Assembly: GCA_028288775.1 (NCBI GenBank)
Contig: JAQGHP010000048.1
Span: 1-43,234 of the forward strand
DNA: 43,234 nucleotides
From: Phycisphaerales bacterium
GTDB lineage: Bacteria > Planctomycetota > Phycisphaerae > Tepidisphaerales > Tepidisphaeraceae
Direction: 5' to 3'
Shown piece by piece: positions 25,464 to 33,070 of the stretch. The notes under the pieces were generated by a model. It saw nothing but the letters and a program-made list of their open reading frames with translations. It searched no databases and was not told the DNA's origin. How positions within the stretch are numbered: the stretch's first letter is position 1; the number at the start of each line of letters is the position of its first letter. The position numbers were made by a program, and so were the translations under genes.

Positions 25464-25537
25464 TGTGGCACAGCCGCCTCGGCTGTGTCTTCCGTTTCCG
25501 CCTGCGGCGGAATCACGGCCGAGGGCGGCTGTGCCAT
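25464..25537. repeat. palindromic repeat, family 1
   Basis: TGTGGCACAGCCGCCTCGGCTGTG ... TTCCGCCTGCGGCGGAA ... TCACGGCCGAGGGCGGCTGTGCCATA. Confidence 0.85.
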
Positions 25538-25588
25538 ATGTTATTTTCTTCGACCGGAGTACCGTTCGAACGTCGCGGAGTACCGCGA

Positions 25589-25637
25589 CCATGGGCGGGC
25601 CGCCCATGCCACTGCATGCTCGAGCCGCCCATGCCAC
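25589..25637. repeat. palindromic repeat, family 2 half-site plus a partial duplicate
   Basis: CCATGGGCGGGCCGCCCATGCCAC (25589-25612), then GAGCCGCCCATGCCAC (25622-25637). Confidence 0.85.
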
Positions 25638-25658
25638 TGCCCAGGAGGAATCTGAACA

Positions 25659-27488
25659 ATGCGAGAAGCAATCCGTACCCCTTCCGCTCGTTGGTCCCGA
25701 CATCGTTCCGTCCCCGGCCGCGCCGTGGTCGAACGCCTTGAACGCCGCACGTTTCTCACCTCGACTCCCATCTCACTCCCCGCCGGCACTGCCCCCGGCA
25801 CCATCGAAGCCGAGAACTATGACAACGGCGGTGAGGGCGTCGCTTACCACGATACCCAGACCGTCAACCCCGGCGGCGCGTATCGCCATGACGGCGTCGG
25901 CATCACCGCCACGCATGACGCGGGCGTCGGATATTATCTCGGCTGGTCCCATCCCACCGAGTGGCTCCAAGACACCGTCAACGTCGCCGCCACGACCACG
26001 TACACGCTCGACGTCCGCCTCGCCTCCCTCAATGGCGGCACGTTCCACTTCTCCTCAGATGGCCACGCCGTCACCGGCGAAATCAAAATGCCCAACACGG
26101 GCGGCTGGGAAAACTGGACGACCGTCAGCGTGCCCGGCGTCAACTTCGCCGCCGGGAAACACGTCATCCGTTTGTCCTTCGACACGGTCGCGAATCCCAT
26201 CACCGGCATCGGGAACATCAACTGGTTCCGCTTCCGCGATAACCCCGCAACGTCACCCCGCACCGCATGGTGGCGCGCCGCCAAGTACGGAATGTTCATC
26301 CACTGGGGGCTCTATTCGCAGCTCGCCGGGCATTGGAATGGCCAGACCACGCCCGGCTACGGCGAATGGATTCTCCACGACCTGCACATCCCCCTGGCCA
26401 GCTATGAATCGCAGGTGCCGCCGAAGTTCAACCCGTACGCCTTCAACGCCCAGACCTGGGTGAACACCGCCAAGGCCGCCGGGATGAATTACGTGGTGAT
26501 CACCGCAAAACACCACGACGGGTTCAGCATGTTCAACACGAAGGTGAACTCCTACAACATCGTGCAGGACACGCCCAGCCACATCGATCCGCTCGCCGCC
26601 CTGTCGGCGGCTGCCAAAGCCGCCGGGCTTCACTTCGGCGTCTATTACTCGATCATGGATTGGAACCACCCGGAGCTCGCCACCAGCTCCACCAGCCCCG
26701 GGGCGAAGAGCCCGAACGACCCCGCCGTCATCAACTACATCAACAACCAGGTGAAGCCACAGATCCGCGAGCTGATCACGCAGTACAACCCCGACATTCT
26801 GTGGTTCGACGGCGAATGGGTCCCCTGGTGGACGGAGGAATACGGCCGCGAGATCGAGGAATACGCCCGCTCGCTCAAGCCCGGCATTATCATCAACAAC
26901 CGCGTCGGAAAGCGCACCAGCAGCGACGGCGACTTCGACACCCCCGAGCAGGTCATCCCCACCTCCGCCTCCAACGGCCGACTCTGGGAAACCGCCATGA
27001 CCCTCAATGACACCTGGGGCTACAAAGACACCGACCACGATTGGAAGTCGCCGACGGCCGTAATCTCCAATCTCACGGACGCGGCCAGTAAAGGTGGGAA
27101 CTTATTGCTCAACGTCGGCCCCGACGGCACCGGCGTAATCCCCTCGGCGTCGGTCAACATTCTCCAGCAAGTCGGCACTTGGCTGAAGACAAACGGCGGC
27201 GCCATCTACGGCACCGCCGCGTCTCCGGTCACGGACCCAACCTGGGGCAAGATCACCCGCAAGGGCAACACGCTCTACGCGATCGTCTTCAACTGGCCGG
27301 GGACCCATACCCTGCACCTCGCCGTCACGGGCACGATCCCCCACGCCAAGCTGCTGCTCAACGGCGCAACGGTTCCCGTAACCAGCTCCGCAACCGGCAC
27401 GGATCTCGTGCTCCCCGCCGTCATGCCCCAAATGCCTGCAACCGTGATCGAGATCGACTATTCGGGAAGCATACACGCGGTCCAATGA
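25659..27488 (+). CDS. secreted alpha-L-fucosidase (GH29) with an N-terminal CBM6/35-like carbohydrate-binding module
   Basis: AGGAGG lies upstream. IEAENYDNGGEGVAYHD...GWENWTTVSV matches the CBM6 signature. YGMFIHWGLYS, ITAKHHDGFSMFNT, ILWFDGEW and GGNLLLNVGP are GH29 blocks. Confidence 0.9.
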   Translation: MREAIRTPSARWSRHRSVPGRAVVERLERRTFLTSTPISLPAGTAPGTIEAENYDNGGEGVAYHDTQTVNPGGAYRHDGVGITATHDAGVGYYLGWSHPTEWLQDTVNVAATTTYTLDVRLASLNGGTFHFSSDGHAVTGEIKMPNTGGWENWTTVSVPGVNFAAGKHVIRLSFDTVANPITGIGNINWFRFRDNPATSPRTAWWRAAKYGMFIHWGLYSQLAGHWNGQTTPGYGEWILHDLHIPLASYESQVPPKFNPYAFNAQTWVNTAKAAGMNYVVITAKHHDGFSMFNTKVNSYNIVQDTPSHIDPLAALSAAAKAAGLHFGVYYSIMDWNHPELATSSTSPGAKSPNDPAVINYINNQVKPQIRELITQYNPDILWFDGEWVPWWTEEYGREIEEYARSLKPGIIINNRVGKRTSSDGDFDTPEQVIPTSASNGRLWETAMTLNDTWGYKDTDHDWKSPTAVISNLTDAASKGGNLLLNVGPDGTGVIPSASVNILQQVGTWLKTNGGAIYGTAASPVTDPTWGKITRKGNTLYAIVFNWPGTHTLHLAVTGTIPHAKLLLNGATVPVTSSATGTDLVLPAVMPQMPATVIEIDYSGSIHAVQ

Positions 27489-27537
27489 CGAACCGGACCT
27501 GGTGGTCGGACCGCCCTAATTTGAACGGCAATTCCAG

Positions 27538-27582
27538 AGCCGGGCCGGGCCGGGCCGGCCCGGTCGGAGCGAAGCTCCGTTT
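27538..27582. repeat. repeat GCCGGGCCG..CGGCCCGGTCGGAGCGAAGCTCCGT
   Basis: A second copy lies at 32843-32882 (..CGGCCCGGTCGGACCGAAGGTCCGT). Both contain a GGASC-GAA-GSTCC hairpin with a compensatory change. Confidence 0.75.
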
Positions 27583-27742
27583 CGGGCGTGCAGCCCGACC
27601 AGCCTGCCCCAGCGCAGTCGAAGTGCGCGACACGCCTCGCCCCTGAAAGCCCACAGACCTTTTTAGATTCGACGGAGCACGAGAGGAACGATGTAGGGTG
27701 TACTGTGTCGTTCGTTTCCGTCCGCGAATGATCACCGCCTGC

Positions 27743-27850
27743 GTGGCACAGCCGCCCTCGGCTGTGTGTTTGTTTCCGCCTGCAGCGGAATCACAGGCGG
27801 GGCGGCTGTGCCACATTGCGGAATCACAGCCCGGATGCCGGCTGTGCCAA
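27743..27850. repeat. palindromic repeat, family 1, plus an extra right-hand half copy
   Basis: GTGGCACAGCCGCCCTCGGCTGTG...CACAGGCGGGGCGGCTGTGCCACA (27743-27815), then GCGGAATCACAGCCCGGATGCCGGCTGTGCCAA (27818-27850). Confidence 0.85.
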
Positions 27851-27864
27851 CTCTACATCCACCT

Positions 27865-28512
27865 TCACCGCCCCACATAAATCCGCGTCAGCGATTGCAC
27901 CGCCGCCGCCCGGCATGCGGCGACCGTTCTGCATCCCAGCCCCGTCATCACGATCGCCAGCATCCCCAAACCAGCCCACGTCGCCGGGGGCAGAGGCACG
28001 GCCTGGGCCTCGGCGATCGCCTGCGTCGCGCCGAATTCCATCGTGAACGCGCGGTACGCGAAATTCCCATCCGGCGCACCCAACTCGCTCAGCGGCACGG
28101 TGAAACTGAGCTTGTCGCCCATCACCGTGAACGGCACCGTCCCGATCACGGAGCCCCAGCCGCCGGAGCTTGGGTCGGACAGGTCCGGCGGGAACGCCGA
28201 GCGCACATGCAGGGCGCCGCTGGAGTGGATCTCATCCCCGCGGATGATTGCCGTGAGGTTGCCCAGCGCCGGGCTGCCGGGGGCGGGGTCGCCAGCGATC
28301 TCGTACTGGAACGAGTCGGCGGGCCGCCCGTGAATATCCGCCGACACGAAGTCCGGCGGATGGGGGAACGACAGCGTAAACGTCGCATCCGCTATCGCAG
28401 GATCGACGCTCACCGACTGACTCAGCACGCTGACACCCGCCTGCGCACGGCTCCCGGCCCATCCAAGCACACCCGCCACGACAATGACCAAAGCAATCCT
28501 GCGGTACGACAT
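27865..28512 (-). CDS. PEP-CTERM sorting-domain protein
   Basis: ATG 28512 is preceded by GGAG. Signal peptide MSYRRIALVIVVAGVLGWAGSRAQA. The C-terminus VPLPPATWAGLGMLAIVMTGLGCR, followed by basic residues, is PEP-CTERM-like. Confidence 0.7.
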   Translation of the reverse strand: MSYRRIALVIVVAGVLGWAGSRAQAGVSVLSQSVSVDPAIADATFTLSFPHPPDFVSADIHGRPADSFQYEIAGDPAPGSPALGNLTAIIRGDEIHSSGALHVRSAFPPDLSDPSSGGWGSVIGTVPFTVMGDKLSFTVPLSELGAPDGNFAYRAFTMEFGATQAIAEAQAVPLPPATWAGLGMLAIVMTGLGCRTVAACRAAAVQSLTRIYVGR

Positions 28513-28564
28513 GATCCAATCTCCGCTTTGCGACAACCGGCCCGGCGGGTAGAAATTCCCGCCT

Positions 28565-29743
28565 ATGACTCCCACGACTTCCTCCCCATCATTTTCGGCG
28601 GCCCGCCTCGCAATTCTGGAAGAACTCTGCTCGGTCCCCACCGCCCCCTTCGCCGAGCAGGCCGTCACGTGCTACGTCGAACGCTTCGTGAAGTCCCGCC
28701 CGAAACTCCGCCTCACGCGCGACCGTTTCGGCAATCTCTTAATCGAATTGCCGCCCCGGAAAAACAGCCGGGCGTCCCGTAAGAACCCGCCTCGCTGGGT
28801 ATTTACCGCCCACACCGACCACCCCGGCTTCGTCGCCGATGCCATGACCGATCCCCATACCCTCGAGGCCCATTTCCGCGGCGGAGTCGAGGCCGAATAC
28901 TTCACCGGATCGCGCGTACGTTTCTTCGATTCCGGCCAGGAAACCACCGCGACAGTGACAGGTTATCGGACGGGCGAAGACGGTCGCCCCGACCGCGCCA
29001 CACTCCGTGTAGCCCGTCCCGTCGCGCCCGGAACCCCCGGCATGTGGGACCAGGGCGTCGGCCGCGTCCGCGGAAAAAGATTCCTCTCCCGCGTCTGCGA
29101 CGATCTCGCCGGCGCGGCCGCGGCACTGGCGATGCTGGACGAATTGTGCCGTAAGCCGCCTGCGGCGCCTGTCGCGGTGCTGCTCACGCGCGCCGAAGAG
29201 GTCGGATTCATCGGTGCGATTGCCGCCTCCATAAAACCCACACTGCTCAGAAAATCCGACCGCCTGATCCCCATCGAATGCTCCGCCGCCCAGCCCTACG
29301 CCCCGCAGGGCAAAGGCGCGATCATCCGCATCGGCGACCGCACCAGCGTCTTCAACTCCAGCCTCAGCTACTTTCTAACAAACCTCGCAACAGAATTGGC
29401 CAAGGCCGACAAGACCTTCCAATACCAGCGCGCCCTCATGCCCGGCGGTACCTGCGAAGCCACCGTCTACGACGTGTACGGTTTCCTCGCCGCCTCCATC
29501 TGCGTACCCCTGGGCAACTATCACAACATGGACAAGGCAAAGAAAAAAATCGCCCCCGAATTCATCGACCTCTCCGACTGGCACAACATGGTCCGTCTGT
29601 TCGTGGAGGTCGCCCGCCATGGCCACAAATACGAACCCGGCCACCAGCAACTCAAGCAGCGTCTCGAAACACGGTTTGAGAAATGGAGCGGGATGTTAAT
29701 GGAAGGAGCCAGAAGCCAAGAGCCAGAATCACACAAAAAATGA
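28565..29743 (+). CDS. M42 (FrvX-like) / M28-type metallopeptidase family hydrolase
   Basis: FTAHTDHPGF, CDDLAG, RAEEVGFIGA and PGGTCEA correspond to the metal-ligand blocks of M42 aminopeptidases. The last ~12 codons are encoded by a heptamer repeat. Confidence 0.7.
   Translation: MTPTTSSPSFSAARLAILEELCSVPTAPFAEQAVTCYVERFVKSRPKLRLTRDRFGNLLIELPPRKNSRASRKNPPRWVFTAHTDHPGFVADAMTDPHTLEAHFRGGVEAEYFTGSRVRFFDSGQETTATVTGYRTGEDGRPDRATLRVARPVAPGTPGMWDQGVGRVRGKRFLSRVCDDLAGAAAALAMLDELCRKPPAAPVAVLLTRAEEVGFIGAIAASIKPTLLRKSDRLIPIECSAAQPYAPQGKGAIIRIGDRTSVFNSSLSYFLTNLATELAKADKTFQYQRALMPGGTCEATVYDVYGFLAASICVPLGNYHNMDKAKKKIAPEFIDLSDWHNMVRLFVEVARHGHKYEPGHQQLKQRLETRFEKWSGMLMEGARSQEPESHKK
29705..29728. repeat. 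heptamer-type tract GGAGCCAGAAGCCAAGAGCCAGAA (inside the 3' end of the peptidase CDS)
   Basis: Reverse complement of the CTGGCTY tract at 30124-30160. Together they bracket the whole repeat-filled intergenic region. Confidence 0.8.
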
Positions 29744-29777
29744 TGGCAATCCGTGGACCCGGTACCCTGCCCTTGTA

Positions 29778-29819
29778 GTGGCATGGGCGGCTCGCCCATG
29801 GGTCACGGTGCTCCGTGAC
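29778..29819. repeat. family 2 half-site followed by a small hairpin
   Basis: GTGGCATGGGCGGCTCGCCCATGG, then GTCACGG-TGCT-CCGTGAC. Confidence 0.85.
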
Positions 29820-29852
29820 GTTCCATCGGCACTCCGAACGAAGTAGGCAAGA

Positions 29853-30050
29853 TGTAGCACAGCCGCCCCGGCTGTGATTCCGCTGTAGGCGGAAAGCAAA
29901 GACACAGCCGGAGGCGGCTGTGCCACACGGGCTGTGATTCCGCCGAAGGCGGAAGACGAAGACACAGCCGGGGGCGGCTGTGCCACACGGGCCGGGATTC
30001 CGCCGAAGGCGGAAGACGAAGACACAGCCGAGGGCGGCTGTGCCACACGG
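29853..30050. repeat. tandem array: family-1 left half plus 3 x 60-bp units
   Basis: Units at 29871-29930, 29931-29990 and 29991-30050 differ at 3-6 of 60 positions. Each unit has TTCCGCC-GAA-GGCGGAA and CACAGCCG-NGGG-CGGCTGTG hairpins. Confidence 0.9.
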
Positions 30051-30081
30051 GCCGGAGTACCGGCAAAGGCGGATTACCGCC

Positions 30082-30104
30082 CACGGGCAGGCCGCCCGTG
30101 CCAC
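30082..30104. repeat. family 2 half-site (CACGGGCAGGCCGCCCGTGCCAC)
   Basis: Inverted partner of 29778-29802. It occupies the position of a diverged fourth unit of the array. Confidence 0.8.
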
Positions 30105-30123
30105 GGAACTCCGCGTTGCATTC

Positions 30124-30160
30124 TTCTGGCTCCTGGCTCCTGGCTTCTGGCTTCCGGCTC
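30124..30160. repeat. heptamer tract (CTGGCTY)n
   Basis: TTCTGGCTCCTGGCTCCTGGCTTCTGGCTTCCGGCTC. Confidence 0.85.
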
Positions 30161-30167
30161 GTCACCC

Positions 30168-30374
30168 CTACGCCGGGTCATACCCCCGCCCGCCGAGCGG
30201 ATGACACCGGCCCACCCGCTTCATGGCCTTCCAACCCCCGCGCCATGGCCCGTATTTCTCGATCGCATCCAGCGCATATTGGCTGCAAGTCGGCGTGAAT
30301 CGGCAATGTCCCCCCATGAACTGCCCGAGCGTCGCGCGGTACACGTACACGAGTTGAATCAGCAGCCAGCGCAT
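30168..30374 (-). CDS. yidD: membrane protein insertion efficiency factor YidD
   Basis: YRATLGQFMGGHCRFTPTCSQYALDAIEKYG...RCHPLG is the YidD signature. It lies 5 nt downstream of rnpA. Confidence 0.9.
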   Translation of the reverse strand: MRWLLIQLVYVYRATLGQFMGGHCRFTPTCSQYALDAIEKYGPWRGGWKAMKRVGRCHPLGGRGYDPA

Positions 30375-30379
30375 CGCGA

Positions 30380-30796
30380 TTATCCCGTGGTGTCCGGTGC
30401 GGCCGGCGAAGCCGCTGGCGTGGCCTGCTCCGGCATTCGCCGTTTCCAGGCGTTGTGAAGCTTTACCACAATTCCCGTCATCAGCTTCTGATACTCCGCA
30501 AGCATCAGCGGCTCATGCGGCCGCACGACAATTACCCAATCATATCCCCGGGGCAGATCGTGCTGCATGTGCCTGAACGCCTCGCGCAACAGCCGGCGAA
30601 TCCGGTTGCGCTTCACCGCAACTCCCACCTTCCGCGACACGCTCAATCCCAGCCGCGGATGGCCCAGTTCGTTGGGCAGCGAGAAAACGATAAGCGGCCC
30701 CCGCACCTCGCGTACCCGCGCGTCGTACACCGCCGTGTACTGCGCCGGCGTGCGCAGCCGATGCTTCTGAAGAAATCGGTAGCGGCGAGCCTCCAT
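30380..30796 (-). CDS. rnpA: ribonuclease P protein component
   Basis: RLGLSVSRKVGVAVKRNRIRRLLREAFR (RNR motif). ATG 30796 gives MEARRYRFLQKHRL. The track ORF upstream of that is translated repeat. Confidence 0.85.
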   Translation of the reverse strand: MEARRYRFLQKHRLRTPAQYTAVYDARVREVRGPLIVFSLPNELGHPRLGLSVSRKVGVAVKRNRIRRLLREAFRHMQHDLPRGYDWVIVVRPHEPLMLAEYQKLMTGIVVKLHNAWKRRMPEQATPAASPAAPDTTG

Positions 30797-30836
30797 TACC
30801 GAATCATACCATTCGCCATGCACGCCGCATCCCTGG

Positions 30837-30931
30837 CACAGAGGCCACAGAGACCACAAAGGGCACAGGGAGGAAAATTCAAAGCTCCTGGTTTTCCTCG
30901 CAGTGCCTTTGTGGTCTCTGTCGCCTCTGTG
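30837..30931. repeat. ~95-bp hairpin, family 5 (CACAGAGGCCACAGAGACCACAAAGGGCAC type)
   Basis: Arms at 30837-30866 and 30903-30931 differ at 2 positions. The inner GAGGAAAA / TTTTCCTC extends the stem. It fills the rnpA / NTase divergent gap. Confidence 0.85.
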
Positions 30932-30942
30932 TTCAATGTCAA

Positions 30943-31842
30943 ATGCGCTCGTCGGGACTTGCGTCGTATTCGCGCTCGCTTCAACTCCGCAACGGCCCGC
31001 GATACAGTTGCCGCGTGGAACGTCAGCGCATCAATCCGAAATACGCCGACCTCATCGCCCGAATCCGTGCGCAGATCGTCGCGTGCAACCCCGAGCAGGG
31101 CTGGGTGATCGACAACGCCGCCTTCCTGCATGTGGGCGGCTCGACTCTGTACGGCACGTCCACCGCCGACAGCGACCTCGACATCCGCGGCGTCACCATC
31201 CCGCCCAAATCCTTCTGGGTCGGCGCGCGGAGCTTCGAGCAAACCGAACTGAAACTGCCCGAAGGCGATGTTGAAGTCGTCATTTACGACATCCGCAAGT
31301 GGCTCGCCCTCACCGTCGCGGTAAACCCGAATGTCGTCGAAACGCTCTTCGTCCCCGACGACAGCGCGTTCACGATTCTCACGACCGACATGTGGAAGCA
31401 CGTCCGCACGGAAACCCAGGCGCTGCTCAACCAGCGCGCCCATGCCGGGTTCCACGGGTATGCGACATCGCAACTCAAAAAAATGCTGGTCAAGCAGTCC
31501 AACAAGAGCGGCCGGCGGGAGATTTCCGACGAACTCGGCTTCGACCTGAAGTTTGCCGCCCACGGCTTCCGCCTGGCCGCGCAGGGCGCAGAGCTGTTGC
31601 GCACGGGCAAAATCACCTTCCCGCGCCCCGACCGCGAGCACCTGGCCTTAGTCCGGCATGGCAAGATCTATGGCCCCGACGACATGGATCGCTGTGTTGC
31701 GGACCTGTGGGCCGCGACACATGAGCTGGATCGCGCCTTCGAGCAAACGGTGCTCCCCGCGAAGGCGGATTTCGATCGCTACGACCGGCTGCTCATCCAC
31801 ATTTACGATAACTACGTGGCCACTTCTCCCTCTCCCTCCTAG
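30943..31842 (+). CDS. nucleotidyltransferase-fold protein (pol-beta superfamily, RlaP/PF10127-like)
   Basis: GGSTLYGTSTADSDLDIRGV is the G-S-x-x-Y-G...D-x-D NTase motif, and NPNVVETLF is also present. The start codon is uncertain. Confidence 0.65.
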   Translation: MRSSGLASYSRSLQLRNGPRYSCRVERQRINPKYADLIARIRAQIVACNPEQGWVIDNAAFLHVGGSTLYGTSTADSDLDIRGVTIPPKSFWVGARSFEQTELKLPEGDVEVVIYDIRKWLALTVAVNPNVVETLFVPDDSAFTILTTDMWKHVRTETQALLNQRAHAGFHGYATSQLKKMLVKQSNKSGRREISDELGFDLKFAAHGFRLAAQGAELLRTGKITFPRPDREHLALVRHGKIYGPDDMDRCVADLWAATHELDRAFEQTVLPAKADFDRYDRLLIHIYDNYVATSPSPS

Positions 31843-31934
31843 GGAGAGGGCCGGGGTGAGGGTGAAGCGCGGAAGGCCAATGAGGGTCAATTGGCAAGGT
31901 GCGTACGGTACGTATTTCGAGAGTCTCTAATCCG

Positions 31935-32675
31935 ATGACTCACACCGAAATTCAAGAACTTGAAGAGCTCTCTTGCGCCGCCTGGCCCGCCGACACCGAG
32001 CTGCGCTTGGACGGCTGGCTTCTCCGTTTCACTCGCGGCTACACCCGCCGAGCGAACAGCGTTCACCCGCTCCACGAAACCACGATGCCGGTCACTCAAA
32101 AGCTCCGCGAATGCGAGCAGCTTTACCAGGCCCATAATCTGCCGACGATCTTCAAAGTCACCCCCGCCGCGCCGGCCAACCTGGACCTGTTTCTCGAAAC
32201 CTCCGGCTACCGCCGCGACAGCGGCGCGAACGTTCTCACCTGTCCGCTACCCATCACACTCCCAGGCGTGATCGAAGCCCGCGTAGAAAACGCGATGGTC
32301 TCCCAATGGATCGCGGCCCTCATCCGCTTCGGCTACGTGTCAGAAAAGAACGCCCCGATCCTCACCTCCATCGTCGGCCGCATAACGGACCCCATTTGCT
32401 GTGCGATGATATCAGAACGCAATAAACCCATTGCCACAGGTTTGGGCGTACTCCAGGGCACATGGCTCGGCCTCTTCGACATCGTCACCAGCCCCGCCCA
32501 TCGGGGACAAGGCAATGGCAGCGCCATCGTCCAATCTCTATTGCATTGGGGACAATCCCAAGGCGCACGGAGCGCCTACCTCCAAGTCGTCCCCGGCAAC
32601 ACCCGCGCCGAGCGCCTTTACGCCAAATTCGGGTTCGCACGGGCCTACGAATATTGGTACCGCGTTGCCACCTAA
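31935..32675 (+). CDS. GNAT family N-acetyltransferase
   Basis: IVTSPAHRGQGNGSAIVQSLL and NTRAERLYAKFGF. ATG 31935 gives MTHTEIQELEEL. Confidence 0.75.
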   Translation: MTHTEIQELEELSCAAWPADTELRLDGWLLRFTRGYTRRANSVHPLHETTMPVTQKLRECEQLYQAHNLPTIFKVTPAAPANLDLFLETSGYRRDSGANVLTCPLPITLPGVIEARVENAMVSQWIAALIRFGYVSEKNAPILTSIVGRITDPICCAMISERNKPIATGLGVLQGTWLGLFDIVTSPAHRGQGNGSAIVQSLLHWGQSQGARSAYLQVVPGNTRAERLYAKFGFARAYEYWYRVAT

Positions 32676-32692
32676 TAGGAATTGCGGCATAC

Positions 32693-33010
32693 AGCCCCGG
32701 AGGGGCGAAAGACCTTTGCCCACGGCGCGAGCCGCGGGGAAAGAGCGGCGCAAGGCTTTGAGCCCCGGAGGGGCGAAATAAGCACCGGATTCGCGAGCGG
32801 CTCACTGCGACGAGATCCCGTCGTCAGGCGACGCGGATTCGGAGCCGGGCCGTGTCGGCCCGGTCGGACCGAAGGTCCGTCCGCCGCCACTTCGCGCGAA
32901 TCCTTCGACCCTCGCGCGCGCTTCTTACGCCCCTCCGGGGCTGGTTGGTTGCTTTTGCAATTTTCCCACGGCTCACGCCATGGGCTAAGGTCTTACGCCC
33001 CTCCGGGGCT
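32693..33010. repeat. four copies (two inverted pairs) of an AGCCCCGGAGGGGCG(A/T)AA-type element
   Basis: Cores at 32693-32707 and 32761-32775 (forward) and at 32928-32942 and 32996-33010 (reverse). The outer ~52-bp copies are about 85% identical in inverted orientation. Confidence 0.85.
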
Positions 33011-33070
33011 ATAAGCTGCCTTTGCTTCCTGTTCTCGTCTCCCCCTCCGTGCCTCTTCATGGACAGCATT

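Noticed and set aside
29853-30110. The 60-bp tandem array could be mistaken for a CRISPR array
   Set aside because: The units are contiguous and near-identical over their whole length. There are no unique spacers, no leader and no cas genes, and the unit is clearly a family-1 palindromic repeat that also occurs singly elsewhere.
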